Shown one piece after another: positions 13,040 through 26,820 of a DNA stretch of 64,000 nucleotides. The notes under the pieces are model-generated. The model searched no databases and was not told where the DNA came from. It saw only the letters and a program-made list of their open reading frames with translations. Origin of the DNA: Octopus sinensis (lineage: Eukaryota); the NCBI RefSeq assembly GCF_006345805.1, contig NC_043008.1:58590001-58654000 (forward strand), written 5' to 3'. Both the position numbers and the translations under genes were made by a program. Positions within the stretch are counted from its first letter, which is position 1, and each line of letters opens with the position of its first letter.

Positions 13040-13310
13040 AGCCTATAATCTAATTGAAAAGTGATAAATGGTTACGTTACGATCATGCAACACCAATAAT
13101 ATGGCTTCTAAATTTACCAGATTTAAATTCCATGGATTTTAAATTTTGGAGCGATGTTGAAAAGGTATATAATCGACATACTCCCAAAACTGCAGTTCAT
13201 CGAATATCGGCGTTATTCAACTAATGTCCTAAATCAATAAGGTATGTGAATGACTCCTGTTCCGCATTGAAACAATTATCAAAGCAGAAGGCGGATTCAT
13301 TGAGTACCTT
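13040..13310 (+). pseudogene. Mariner/maT-like transposase C-terminal remnant
   Basis: IWLLNLPDLNSMDFKFWSDVEK (compare WPPNSPDLNPMDF..WS.VE) and ETIIKAEGGFIE. Confidence 0.7.
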
Positions 13311-14520
13311 AATGAGAACCCTTTTTGCTACATAAGAGTTGCTTTCTGAAATTACCAAATATGCTCTGAAATAGTTCTCGCACAGTGCATATGCAAGTGT
13401 GTTTGTGTGTGTGTGTGTGTATGTATGCATGCGTGCGTACATATGCGTGTGTCTGTGCGTGTGTGCACGCACGTATATGTGTGTGCATGTGTGCCTGCAT
13501 GGGTACGTGTGTGTGTGTGTGTGAGCGTGTGCGTATGTGCATATGTGTGTGTGAATGTGTGTGTGTGTGCGTATGTATTTGTGAGTTTGTATGTGATCTA
13601 TCTATTAAGTTCAAGAGATGAAAGTCCTATAATCACTTAATTTAAGACCCTTATGTCAAAACGGAAATTATTGTCAATTCTAAGATGGCGGCATGCAGCG
13701 TTTCGAATTTTCTCGGCTTCGATGGGCGTACACCGAATATCATATAAGCTGGGGTGGAGCGTAAGAACATTGCTCTGTCATTGCATATATCTGGATGCTG
13801 TATCTGGATGTGTAGTTTTCCTCTATGCACCCCAGTTTTTGCACGTTCTGAAAGGGATTTTACTTCCACGAGTATTTTAATTTCTTATACTCTATTTCTT
13901 ATTATTGTAATACTAAAAGATGTAGACTAAAAGATGTATAAATGATGTCTTGTAATGGATTCGGAAGAAATAAAATTGTTGTCACAGATATGTAATCCCA
14001 TTTTCTTACTAAATTTACTTGAATTAGATATATACTCGAATTAGATTTAAATTTAACCAATTAAAATACGGAATAAAATGATATTATTGAGTGTTTATCT
14101 CTAGTACACTACATTAGACGACGGAGCGAAATAAACGTATAGGATAAAAATTACTTTTCTCGCATGAAAAATGACACGTATATTTTTTTGCATATTATAG
14201 CGTTTCATAAAGGGCTTTCATGTAGAACTGATATAATACCCATCGTTATTTGAGTCATGACAGTGCGTTCCTAGCTTACTTTACTTATAACGCAATTAAC
14301 TTCAATGTGAAAGTGAATTGGGTTATCTACTGTTCCATGATGGTGAATTAATATTAGGAAGTCTTAGGGAGCTAAGGAAATTTTCTTTTTCCCAAAATTC
14401 TGAAGAAGAAATATTCTAATTTTGTAATATATTGAATGTGTCTTCATTAAGAATAAGTTTTCTTTAAAATTCATAGCAGCTACTTTTCACCATGGGCAAC
14501 GAATTTTCTTCCTTTATGAA

Positions 14521-14675
<155 letters not shown>

Positions 14676-16399
14676 GTATATAAATCTATATAAACGTACA
14701 ATTATGTGTATATATATATATATGCATGTATTTATGTATGTATTATGAATGTAAGTATATATATATTCTCACGTGTATATTTCTCTATGCCTGCACACAT
14801 CAACTCAAATATTTGAGTAACTTAATCTTGATCAGAATTTAAAACCATTTACAACCACGTATATATGTGTATGTGCGCATGTATGTGTGCCTCTGTGTGT
14901 ATATGTGTGTGTACGTGCGTGCGTGTGTGTATGCAAGTACATATGTATATAACACAAAACAATTCAGGAAAGTCTGTTTTAAAAATATCTACTTATAGAG
15001 TCTTACGCGCGTTTCATTTACAAAATTCACTATTACATAATCTAAATCATATAATCTAATCCTTGTGTCAAATCTTCTGAGACGGATTAGAATTATACAT
15101 AATTTTACTGGATTAGTGACAGTGTTGCAATCTCTGTTATTTGGTAATTGGTGGAGGAACTCGTCATAAAAAGCATAAGAAGGAGACACAAGTGTTGCCA
15201 AAGCCTCTATTCAAAGTTATCGTGTAAGAGTAAGAGTCGCATTTTCTCCCTATGTTTAATCACTATTTTGAGTTTTTATCCAGTTAATTAATAATGCCAA
15301 TGAATGGCTGTCTGTGCTTTTGTGTATAAATGTATTTACACTAAGCATGATATCTTAGCTATCGTGCGTCAACGATAGACGGTTTATAAGTTTATAATAA
15401 ATCTGCTGTCGATATATCGCTTAATATTGCTATTGTTTATATCGCTGTCGGTGAGTATATGACAAACCTATTGTGTATTATCTGGGAATGTTATTATTTC
15501 AAGCAGTTGTTAGTTAAATGTTTCTCAATAGATATTGGTTGAAATTCCTGTGGCTGTTTACATTAAATCTGATCATTGATGAAAATTGGAAATATTGGTT
15601 TATGAATGTAGTTCGAGAGACGAAGATCTTGGCTTCTTGGCACATTAAGATAGGGCTAGGCATGTTTTATACTAGAATGATCGATTGCGTGATTGTTGTT
15701 ATCATACTATAAACTCTATATTCATTTGATTGTTAGGTGGTTAGGAATCTGAATGCATACATGTGTTTGTGTGAATGCATATATGTATGTACGTGCATCT
15801 TATCCTTTAGATAACTCGCTGCTGAGCCTCATTTGTAATAGAACCTTTACATGATTACTGCTTTAAAAAATTACAGTGCATTGATAATATAGATATATTA
15901 TAGTTGCTGTAATTATATAGATACTTCCTGGTATGCACGCACAATAATATTGATATCCTAATTTATAATTCATATAGCATCTCTACTGAATTCAAAAATT
16001 ATTTCCAAGAAGGAGTTTAGTTATCGACGGATGGAATTCTACGCTACAAAAAAGCATAAATATACAAAGGTGCTTATATGTGTTACCAAACACTTATATG
16101 TGTTAACAGATAAACAAAACAGAAAACAACTGTAGATTATAAATCGATTAAACCTATCTCGCTTAATCTCTGGATATATTTATGTGTATTTCGGGGTTGC
16201 AAGAAAGTTACCTTTATGGTCGTTAAATGTAAAGTATGATTCACTTAACGCTAACATGTATAATTATTTTCTGTTTATGAAACTGATAACCATTTCTTTT
16301 GCTTGGCAATTAATATTAGGATAAATGCTAGGGTTTGACTCGTAATTAATGATAGGTGTTTAAAAGGTGTATATGACATGTTTGAAGATCAGTTTCGTG

Positions 16400-16625
16400 T
16401 TTAAGGGAGCAACGGTGTGTTTAAAGTTATTAAATTTCGTTCAATATTTGTATAATGTATCTTAAGAATTTTTGAATGATGTTTTAAAATGGAAAAATAT
16501 TTTTTATCTAAGAGTTTTAGTTTTTTATTGTATTGGACACATTTAAGACATCTGAAACTAAGCAAGGTTTTCTTGATGTTATCGGTGTACTCTTTATCGA
16601 AGGAAATCGTATTCCGTCTCATTCA
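16400..16625 (-). mobile_element. Possible decayed PLE RT-EN linker
   Basis: ISFDKEYTDNIKKTLL...NKKLKLLDKKYFSIL resembles the PLE 'PF.K.V.TNI.K.FL..KL.KIF' linker; similar in type to 55290-55760. Confidence 0.35.
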
Positions 16626-16739
16626 CATGATTTGAACTTCAGCTTTTTTAATTTCGACCTATCAGCCTACGATATGACAAATATATCCATTCCAAGAACA
16701 AGGAAGCAGTCTCATGTCAAAAAGTCAACCTTGAACAAA

Positions 16740-19700
16740 CAGACCCGGCTCCTAGTGTCACTGTCAATGTTTTAATGACAAGCCAAAGCTCATGGTAGAT
16801 CGGTTATCGTCCGGGACAAGAACCGCGTTACACGGTGGAGAACGAGACTGGGGTCAAAAAGTCAGCTGCTGGAACAAACTCTCAAAAAACGAACCACCAG
16901 ATAACCAGGACCAGGATAACCCTAACCTTAGACCTGTAGTGACACCAAACACACCACATAAAGCAAAGCGCATAAAATGGACGAGAGAGGATTATAGAGA
17001 CATGTCGAAAGCTTTCTATACAGACCAACTAAACCGAAACAATAACCTCATTTTACAAACATACACTTCATAGAGAAACTTAGTAGGCAATGAAGTACGC
17101 AGATATATAGACGGAAATAAATTAATTAATGTACATAGAGGCATCATTAAGAATAAAAGGTTAACTAAAGCTGAAATTAGCCAACTTAGGACCAAATATC
17201 TCATGGTACACCAAAGGAAAACAGTAACAATGCAAATGAAATACGCAACAGATGCACCGAACCCAGTGTGCGATCAGTGACTCCCAAAGAAGCTGCAGGA
17301 AGGACAGATATGCGGAAAGCGAAGAGAAAGTAGACCTACCTCAAGAACACCAGAATAGATATGACACAGAATTTGAGGCGAATAATAAAGAGATGATCGT
17401 AGAAGCACAAGAAGACTGAATTTACTGACATGATCAATAGAGAACCGCTGCCAAAGCTCTCAAATAACATAAAAAATAAAAGCACGATTATGATATACAA
17501 TGCCGCTCTTAGAAGACAGATCTTAAGAACTAAGAGAGATGACCTAACAACCTTAAATAACCTCATCTATTATACTGCTAAAGTTATAAACGCTCAACTT
17601 GGTAGCAAGACGACAAAGAAAAGACCAACCGTGTCAAAAGATATAAGTGGAAAATAACAATACAAAAAGATCGAATTTTTGATTTATCAGTCCTCGATGA
17701 ACTTGCTTGAGGAGTAAATGTTAAAACGAAACGAACTAGAAAAATCAAGCAAAAATATAAAATCAAAGATTGTTTAAACCTCCCAGCAACCAAGGAAATT
17801 GTGAAATCAGGAATACAATTGAAAGACCAATTGTTCAGATAGTATGACAGAAGAATCAATCTTTTATCGACAAAACAAGGTATTCAAGACGGATGCAAAA
17901 AACTTTTACAGGGAAATTGGCAAAAGTAGGATAGAAATAAAGAAGCCACCTAAAACTGAGGAAATGGAAGAGTTCTGGAAGAAGATATGGAGCAACAAAA
18001 AAGAATATAATGCTCATTAGATAGAACATGAGAAAGAGGGACTGGATGAAGTCGAAGAGTAAAAATGGGAAGCAATAGGAGTAGAAGAGCTAAGAAGTGT
18101 TCTTGGGAAGTAGTCTCACAAATGGACAACTACAGGACTGGAACGGAACCCTAACTCCTGCCCGAAGTGTTTGACAGAAGTACACTAACATTTTGCTGCA
18201 TCACTAACTGATGTCTTCCAGAACCCAGAGCAAAATACCTTGCTGGTTGGCCGAAGGAACAACATACCTTCTCCCAAAAATTCAAGACATGAAAAATCCA
18301 AAGAACTATCGACCAATAACGTGTCTCAACAACACCCACAAGATCCTCACATCGATACTAATTGAAAGAATAAACACTTTCCTGAAGCAGAACGCTAATC
18401 TTCCACAACTTCAAAACCGGTTGAGAAAGGAATTCTTATGGATGAAAAGATCAATTACTCATAAATATAATGATTGAAAAGAATTGCCGGAGCAAAAAGA
18501 ACCTGAGTATGGCATGGATAGACTATAGGAAAGCGTTTAATAATGTCCCACATAATTGCCTACTCGAGGCCTTTGAGATATATAAGATCTCTCCTGTCGT
18601 CTCCAAATACTTACATGGTAGCATGGAAAAGTGAAATACACGTCTGCTTATACACCATAGTAATGGGACGAGCCAATCTAACAACGTCAACATCAAAGGA
18701 AGCATCTTTCAAATTGACTCCCTCTCTCCAATACTTTTTGCATGACATTGATCCCACTCCCTAACGAACTGAGTAACACCAGGGATGGGTTCAAAGTGTG
18801 TAATGTTATAGTAAACCATCTGTTTTATATGAACGATCTGAAGCTTTTTGCTAAAAATAACGAAGAGCTAACAGGGTTGTTAATAACTGTTAAAGAGATC
18901 AGCAAGTTCAAGCAAATAACTTCCATTAAATTAGATACTGACATAAAGGAGCTTGACCCACAAGAAAGCTATAAATAGCTGGGGATAAACGAAGATGGTA
19001 TACAACATGTTTGGCGGCGAGCTGGCAGAAACGTTAGCACGCCGGGCGAAATGCGTAGCCATATTTCGTCTGCCGTTACGTTCTGGGTTCAAATTCCGCC
19101 GAGGTGGACTTTACCTTTCATCCTTTCGGGGTCGATAAATTAAGTACCAGTGACGCACTGGGGTCGATGTAATTGACTTAATCCGTTTGTCTGTACTTGT
19201 TTGTCCCCTTTATGTTTAGCCCCTTGTGGGTAGTAAAGAAATAGGTATAAAACATGTTAGCATGAAGGAAAAAGATAAGAAAGGAGTATTACAAGAGAGT
19301 AAAAATCATACTAAAAACTGAACTCATTTGTAAAAATCGCATCGAAGCCATTAACACCCTGGCATTTACAGTAGTCCAATATAGTTTTTACATCATTAAC
19401 TGGATTCTTACAGAGCTCCAGCGCCTGAACGAGAAGACAAGAAAACTACTAAAATCTTATAAGATCACCCAAAAGCAGACGTTGATCGTTTGTAGCTATT
19501 TAGATGTAATGGGGGAAGAGGAATAATGCAGGTAGAACTGTGCTATAAGACCCCCACGATAGTAATGAACAAGTACTCATCTAGTACAGAGGATTGTCTG
19601 CTGCGGCTTGTGTGTAAACACGAAAGCAGCTAAAAATCACATTGCATTGTCAAGGAAGCTTGCAAATTCGCAAGTTGACTCGGTAATAACACTGAATTAG

Positions 19701-20040
19701 ATGGAGAAATTGGAATCACTGTCAGGAAACAAGCAAAACGGATCAAACAGACTGCGTAAAAAAAACGGACATAAAAAACTAAGGAACGGTGGAGCCAGAA
19801 GCCTCCACTTGGACGTTATATACATCGTAGCCAAACTGCTGATGAAGACCAAGCAACAATCCACCAGTGGCTGAAAAACTCAGGATTGAAAACAGACTGA
19901 GAATTTCATGTTAGCGGCAAAAGATCAAAACTTGCTTAGAGACGCGAGTAAAATTAATAATAGAGAAACAAAAATAAAACTTTGGAAACAGCAACGCCGT
20001 CATAACGTACGTAGAAACCATGAGCATGCTTTGAAGGGAG
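16740..20040 (+). mobile_element. Large decayed R4/Dong-clade (RLE-type) non-LTR retrotransposon
   Basis: KRIKWTREDY (Myb-like N-terminus), NPKNYRPITCL, SMAWIDYRKAFNNVPH, GSIFQIDSLSP, NHLFYMNDLKLFA, YK*LGI, HPKADVDRL, GGRG, HQWLKNSGLK; many stops and frameshifts. Confidence 0.9.
19012..19243 (+). mobile_element. SINE family B inserted in the R4-like LINE
   Basis: tggcagaaacgttag (A-box-like), gttcaaattcc (B box); 15-bp TSD ggtata(c/a)aacatgtt at 18997-19011 and 19244-19258. Confidence 0.93.
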
Positions 20041-20059
20041 ATAATCAGTGAAAAACTTG

Positions 20060-20276
20060 AAAGTGATCGTAAGATCGTAACGTAAAAAAAATATGACAAA
20101 CAATCCAGAATCCTTGTCCGGTACCGGATCAAAGCCAAAATCCGATCAGTTCCTACGGGTCACGAAGCCCAACATCCTTGAAAGTTTCATCCGAATCCAT
20201 CCAGCTGTTTTTAAGACATGTCCACGGACAAAAAAACACGACTGAAAACAATATCTCCGCCTTCGCTAAGGCGGAT

Positions 20277-20280
<4 letters not shown>
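20060..20280 (+). mobile_element. Unclassified non-autonomous element ending in a GC hairpin
   Basis: Hairpin tccgcctt-cgct-aaggcgga at 20256-20275, followed by tgtaa and (TAA)n; internal atcc/ggatc motifs. Confidence 0.45.

Positions 20281-20331
<51 letters not shown>
20278..20331. repeat. (TAA)n microsatellite
   Basis: Direct inspection. Confidence 0.95.
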
Positions 20332-20332
<1 letters not shown>

Positions 20333-20755
20333 TCTTACTAATATAGGTACAAATTTGTGGGAGGGAGAAGAAAATTACATCTTTCTCAGTAGTTACGTGG
20401 TACTTTATTTTATTTACCCTGAAAGAATGGAAATCAAATTTTGAATTCAGATGTTAATCGAAAAAATACCGCAAAACATTTTGTCCTGCGTGCACGCTTC
20501 TCAGGCATTCTCGCATGTCAGGCCATGATAAATCAAATCTAAATAAGAATAGTCTTATATAAATATACATATATATATATATTTGAGTAGTTGAATGAAT
20601 TATCTTGTTATGGATAATTCGGTTAACCGATACCTGGGTAGCAAATTCACATCAGAGAAGACACGTTTGAAGTTATGGCTTTCGTGTGGAAATTTGTATG
20701 TTTTTTTTAAATATAAATATATGAAAGAATGGAGTTGAACGACGAATTAACAAAA

Positions 20756-20854
20756 TTCCTTTATTTTCGACATATGTTTCGAAGGCTGCATATTCCTAAT
20801 TGCGAAGGAATAAGGAGTATATTATGCCGCTTTCTCATCAGGAAAAGCAAGGAA
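20756..20854 (-). ncRNA. Mirror type I hammerhead ribozyme motif with canonical core
   Basis: Reverse complement of the same fold; core and stems I and III are intact. Confidence 0.85.
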
Positions 20855-20963
20855 CTTATGTCAACTTCAAGATGCACAAAAAAACTTTTAGATGACTGCT
20901 CACACGGAGCCCATAGTGAGCAGTCATCTAAAAGTTTCTTGTGCATCTTGATGTTGGCATAAG

Positions 20964-21062
20964 TTCCTTGCTTTTCCTGATGAGAAAGCGGCATAATATA
21001 CTCCTTATTCCCTCGCAATTAAGAATATGCAGCCTTCGAAACATATGTCGAAAATAAAGGAA
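20964..21062 (+). ncRNA. Type I hammerhead ribozyme motif with canonical core
   Basis: Stem I UUCCUUGCUUUUC/GAAAAUAAAGGAA (5+6 bp with a 2x2 loop); CUGAUGA at 20977-83; stem II GAAAGCGGCAUA/UAUGCAGCCUUC; GAAA at 21038-41; stem III ACAUAUGU; GUC site with C at 21049. Confidence 0.85.
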
Positions 21063-21369
21063 TTTTGTTAATTTGTCGTTCAACTCCATTCTTTCATATA
21101 TTTATATTTAAAAAAAACATATATATATATATAATTATAATTATAATTTAGGGCATTTAAGAGATACCACCACGCTGGAAATAGCAGTAAAGACTTCACT
21201 CTAAAACCACATTAAATGTTCATACAGTACCAGGAGAGAAGACAAAAGGACAAAATAAACTAGCAAAATATTTACTGGATAATTCCAGTTCCCGGATTTC
21301 TGACTTTGCATAAGAAATGGTTTGTCTCATCAGTGGAATATACACAGATAGTAACGTAAATACATACAC

Positions 21370-21387
21370 ACACATATATACATATAT

Positions 21388-21452
<65 letters not shown>

Positions 21453-21680
21453 GTATATATATATATATACATAAAACATACGAATACTTACATATACGAA
21501 CGTATACATACACATATATGCATGTATGCACACGACCAGTTTACATTGCCCGCCTATAACTCCCCGTGTGATATGGTCAAAATATCACCGCAGTAAATAT
21601 AATGACGAAATAAATATATAATAACTATATATATATATATATATTATATATATATATGTATATATATATATGTGTGTATA

Positions 21681-21719
<39 letters not shown>

Positions 21720-21800
21720 ATATAGTTAGTTATATATATATATATATATACATACAGACAGACACACACACACATATGCACATACATACACGTTTATGTA
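21370..21800. repeat. (TA)n-rich compound microsatellites
   Basis: Direct inspection. Confidence 0.9.
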
Positions 21801-22519
21801 TATATATATAGAAAGATATATTGATGCACAGAGAAAGCTAGAGAGAGAGAGAAAGATAGATAGATAGAGAGAGAGAGCGAGAGAGATTGAGAGAGGGTTG
21901 GAGGGAAAAGGAAAAATGAATTCAAATTTCAGTTTCAATCTTTCGAACTAGTTCGTAAGTGAAATACGTCCCCAAGTGGTATTTTGCTAAGCTACACACT
22001 TCCAACTTTCTTCAATTCATATGATTGTGACTAACATTCATATCTTGCATATCTGGCGTAAAAAATATTCATCAAAAACCGCAGAAGGATTCTTATTGGC
22101 TTCAGGTAATCTTAACGAAAATATTGATTCATTTCAAAACTAAACGTTATTTTTATTTCCAGACAATGTCAAGTGAAATAACTTTTGTTTTTATTTTCAT
22201 TTTCATGTATATGAAACAATTGGTTTATTTTCCATTATGTTACCTCATATATTTCCCTAGGCGTGACAGAAAAATGTATAAAACAAACAGGCATCTTTGT
22301 TTTATAGTTTAGCTCTAGGTCAGATAAAACCAAACATAACTCTGATCAAAATGGATTTCAACCGTGAATAATATCTTGTTTTGGTTTTCAGGCGCAGGGT
22401 ATCTAATGCCTACTTTTTAAAGACGTTATGGTCTGATTTGAGGCAGCTTCAGCTCCTATTTCGAGTAGACCGAGTGACTGCATAGATGCAGTCACTCTTT
22501 TACTTGATTCATTCTGAAT

Positions 22520-22700
22520 ACTTTTATTCTTTTACCTGATTCAATCATTGGATAGCGGCCATGCTGGAGCACAGCTTTATAGAGTTAGTTTCATAAATCG
22601 GCCGTTAGAATAGGTCTGGTACTTAATCTATCCGCCTATTTTTGCCGAAGATCTCCCTTACGAAGGCGTAAACAAACACCAGTTGAGAATCAAACGGGTG
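22520..22700 (-). mobile_element. SINE family A tail fragment (degraded)
   Basis: tcttttacctgattcaatcattggatagcggccatgctggagcac. Confidence 0.55.
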
Positions 22701-22849
22701 ACAAGTACGAATACAAATTTCCTTCTACTAAATCTACATTATTAGCGGTTGGGAGGCAGTTGCCGGCAACCGTGGAGAATGGCGACGTACCGTAAAAGAG
22801 GGAATACAAAGGAGTGACAAAGAGAGAGAGGAGAAATGGAAAGAAAAGA

Positions 22850-24255
22850 AGAGACGTCAACAAGAGACTATGGCATTACAACCAGCCAGGAACAGTCTTC
22901 GCTACATTTGCGGTACCTGCCAGAGGGAGTGTTTGTCCAGGATAGGACTACACAGCCACAGCAGGAAATGTATCAGGACATGAAATATAAAAGCCGGACT
23001 AGACTACTTTATGCGCAACTCCATTGTCTCCCGAGACAAAAAGGATGCCAACCAAATCTACATTCTAGGCAGGGCTCTAGTAGAAGATACTATCTCATGG
23101 ATCTGTACATGTTCATGCGTTCATCCGCCATTCGAACAATATGGCCACACTATCTCATTTGGTTCCTTAAAATCATTGCTTAAATTGAGGTGATGCCTGC
23201 AGATGCAAGGACATCTCCATTTAACGTTTACAATGCAATGAAGGCATTTTTGGTAGAATTGTTCTAACAAGTCCATGTTTCACAAGAATACAACAGGGAT
23301 GGTAAGTCAAATGATTTGTAGAACCAGCTTTGTATTCTTATTCATATGTCGCTGACACCAAATGCGTGACTCCAAACTACCAAATGCTTGTGCTGCCCTT
23401 TGAATTGAATTCGCAGCTGTATTTCTGTATGAAGATTTTCATCATTTTGTACAGAGCTTCCTAGGTAGATAAACGAATCGATAACCTCAAGTAACTTACC
23501 CTTAACAAAAATTTTAGCGAGGTTACAAACAGCACCACACGCAGGCTGATGCACTACAACTGCATTTTCCAAGTTGATGGTCAGGCCAAAATCATCACAA
23601 GCTTAGTCAAATGCAGATATAACAGATTGCAGTCCTTTTTCGGAATGAGTGACAAAATCGCAATCGTCAACGTATAAAAGTTCCATAATGAGTGAAGTAA
23701 AAACCCTCGTTTTGAATATCAATCTGGTCAGATTAAAAACATTCCCTGCTGTTCCATATTTTACGTAAATACCCTCCTCAGAGTTTTGAAAAGCATGGCA
23801 CAATACAACAGCAAAGTATATTGCAAAGAGGGCGGGTGCATCAAGGTCTCCTTGCTTTACTCCATTTTCCACGGCAAAAGATTCAGAGAGCCTACCACCA
23901 AAGTCAACTCTAGCTTTCATATCTTGATGCAAAGCCCTGATCCCGTTTACAAATTGTTCTGGGCAACCTATTTTCCTTAGAATTACCCACAGAGCATTTC
24001 AATTAACAGTATCGAATGCTTTGCTCAAATCAACAAAACAATGGTATAGAGCAAGATTCTGTTCAATGCCCTTTTCTTGTAATTGTTTATAGTAAAGATA
24101 CAATCAGATATGACCCTGTATATTTAAACACAAAGAGAAAATTACCTATAACAGGTAATTTCTACACGCTAGGAGACAGCCAAAACAACTTAAGACCACA
24201 AAAAAAGTTTAAGCAATTTCAAAGGGAAGAAAAATACCTATAGGTTTCGGATTTT
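22850..24255 (-). mobile_element. RTE-clade LINE, RT region and 3' part (5'-truncated, decayed)
   Basis: KQLQEKGIEQN, FVDLSKAFDTV, NGVKQGD, ELLYVDD, FGLTINL, FIYLGS, LLYSCETW, GHIVRM. Confidence 0.93.
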
Positions 24256-24316
24256 TTTACTGTCTCTAGCGTGTAGAAATTACCTGTTATAGGTAAATTT
24301 CTCTTTGTGTTTAAAT
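24122..24316. repeat. 58/57-bp inverted duplication at the 5' end of the RTE copy
   Basis: 24122-24179 vs 24260-24316; each arm contains the 9-bp hairpin aaattacct/aggtaattt. Confidence 0.9.
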
Positions 24317-24979
24317 GTATATATATATATATATACATTTATATATATAAATATATATATACAAGGTTTTGCAGATTGTATTTCTCTTTAAGCGCAAAAA
24401 ATATTTCAACCTTGATTTTCTGTTGATCCTGAATAAAGGTCAACAACGCACATCATTGGAGTATTGCTTTCGTGCTTTAATCGGTATTTATGCTACGCGC
24501 ACGCACTCAGAGTCCCGTACACCCACCCACGCATGCGCACACGCACACACACACACTCACAAAGATCGTGCTCCATTCGAATGTTTTGAAAGCATTCACC
24601 TACCAATTACTTATCGCCACCAGCACGCGGTACGCGGTCCCACGATACTTTTTCTATTTATCTCTTTTTTTTTCCTTATTATAATAGTATTTTAATTTAG
24701 CTAGGTAAATCTTCCTCTGTCTAGACTCACAGAATCCAACTGCTTTTCAACTTCCGCTTATTCTATCTATGCCTCATCTCTTACAACCTACACAACCCAT
24801 ATTTTCCATTCTTTCTCACTTATAACTGCAACTTCGACAAGGTTGACTCCTCCACCCCTTTCCTCCCAACGACACACACACACACACACACAGAGGTCAA
24901 AGATGATACACACTTATTTCATCTGAATATCAACCACATCAACTTCCCCAGTCTCGGGGAGATTACAAAGTTAATGAGC

Positions 24980-25191
24980 CTTTCTGCTATAGGCACAAAG
25001 CCAAACACTTTCGGGGAAAGGGCTAGTCGATTACATCGATTCCAGTGTTCAACTGGTACTTAATATATCGACCCTGAAAGGATAAAAAGCAAAGTCGACT
25101 TCGGCGAAATTTGAACTCAAAACGTAAAAACGGACGAAATTCTGCTAAGCATTTTGCCTGGAATGCTAACAATTCTGCCAGCTCGCTGCCT
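24980..25191 (-). mobile_element. SINE family B (alternative tail)
   Basis: Family B head and core on the minus strand; 17-bp TSD ttacaaagttaatgagc at 24963-24979 and 25192-25208. Confidence 0.9.
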
Positions 25192-25540
25192 TTACAAAGT
25201 TAATGAGCTGTACCCTCTCTTCTAACAGGAAACCATTTCCTCGTTCCTCCAACGTTATAGAATAATGCAGGCTATTAAAATTTATATCAAGGTATTGAAG
25301 ATAGTTTCAGTCTAATCCCAAGTTTTAAATCTAGGAGTTGTCCTCCCTTCACTTAGAATTTCTGTTTGAGAATTTTATAGGCGAGACATTGCTCAGACAT
25401 CAGTGATGGATCACTTAATATAACATGACGGTGGATCTATATTTAAATATTAGTAATAAGATGGATTTTTAACCTTTACAAATTTGGTTAATGCTCAACG
25501 TTGAAACAATTACATAGTTAAGAAGAACAACTGTAACGTC

Positions 25541-25622
25541 AATATATATATATATATATACATTTTTACATATATATATACATATAATATATATATATAT
25601 ATACTATATATATATATATATA

Positions 25623-25665
<43 letters not shown>

Positions 25666-26101
25666 TTATATATATACATATATATGTATATATACATATA
25701 TATATACATATATATGTATATATACATATATATATACATATATATACATATATATACATATAAATACATATATAGATACATATATATATACGTATATATA
25801 TACATATATATACACACACACACACACATATATATATACATACATATAAACATATATATATATATATATATATACATATATATATACACATATATATATA
25901 CACATATATATACACACATATATATATATACACATATGCATATATATATACACACACATATATATATACATACATACATATATATGTGTGGGGGGTGTTT
26001 ATGTATGTGGTGTGGGTGTGCAGGTGTTTCTATGTGTGTATATATGTCTTTATGTGTATGTATGTGAATACACACACACACATACACACATACTCACACA
26101 C
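25541..26101. repeat. Long compound (TA)/(TACA)/(CA) microsatellite
   Basis: Direct inspection. Confidence 0.95.
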
Positions 26102-26820
26102 GTGAGTAGAATATAGCTCCGTGTATTAATGTTTATGTTAGACCAAAGACAATGTAATGTTATTGATCTTGGTAACAACATTCGGTTCCGTGAATGTATA
26201 TAAATCGCCAATTAAGCTAAACCACTTAATTCTTTGTATACTTAATGAACAGTGAAGATAGCTAACAACGCTGTTATGTCTACAGAGGTATTTTTCAAGC
26301 TCTTAATGATAGGGAATTTGAGAAGTTGGCGGTTTATACATTCTTCAATTTATCTAAGAATACAGCATTCAACTGTTAGCCTGTTAAAACTATATACGTA
26401 GTAGGTTCTGTTTGGAATTTACTATTTCTTACTAAAAATAATGAGGCCTTCTGCTTTTAAACCACCTAATGTTGAATATTTGTAATTTTAATTTTTGTGA
26501 AAGTCTGGTTTGTTTAAACTTAACTGATAAGAGACTTCTTGGTGATTTTCGCTTTTGCATAATTTTGAGCGTGTTTCCTTGTGGTTGGTTTTCTGCGTAT
26601 TTCTCTTTCCTTTCGGTTTTAAAAGGTTTTATCACAGTGCTTTTGCACCACTAACTGAGAGTATAGATGCGTGTTCGTATTATGCGCATGCGTGAATGTA
26701 TGTGTGAGCGGATGTGCTTGTAAAAACAGAGTTTTAAATGTAAGTAGCGTGTTTAGTCTAATACTGAATCTATCAAACTTCCAATTCATATACGTAAATT
26801 AGCACTATATATATATATAT

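Larger units (their letters stand above)
20697..21121. repeat. 425-bp inverted repeat (207/206-bp arms, 12-nt spacer 20904-20915)
   Basis: Arms about 97% identical (about 6 substitutions and 1 indel counted by eye). Confidence 0.97.
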
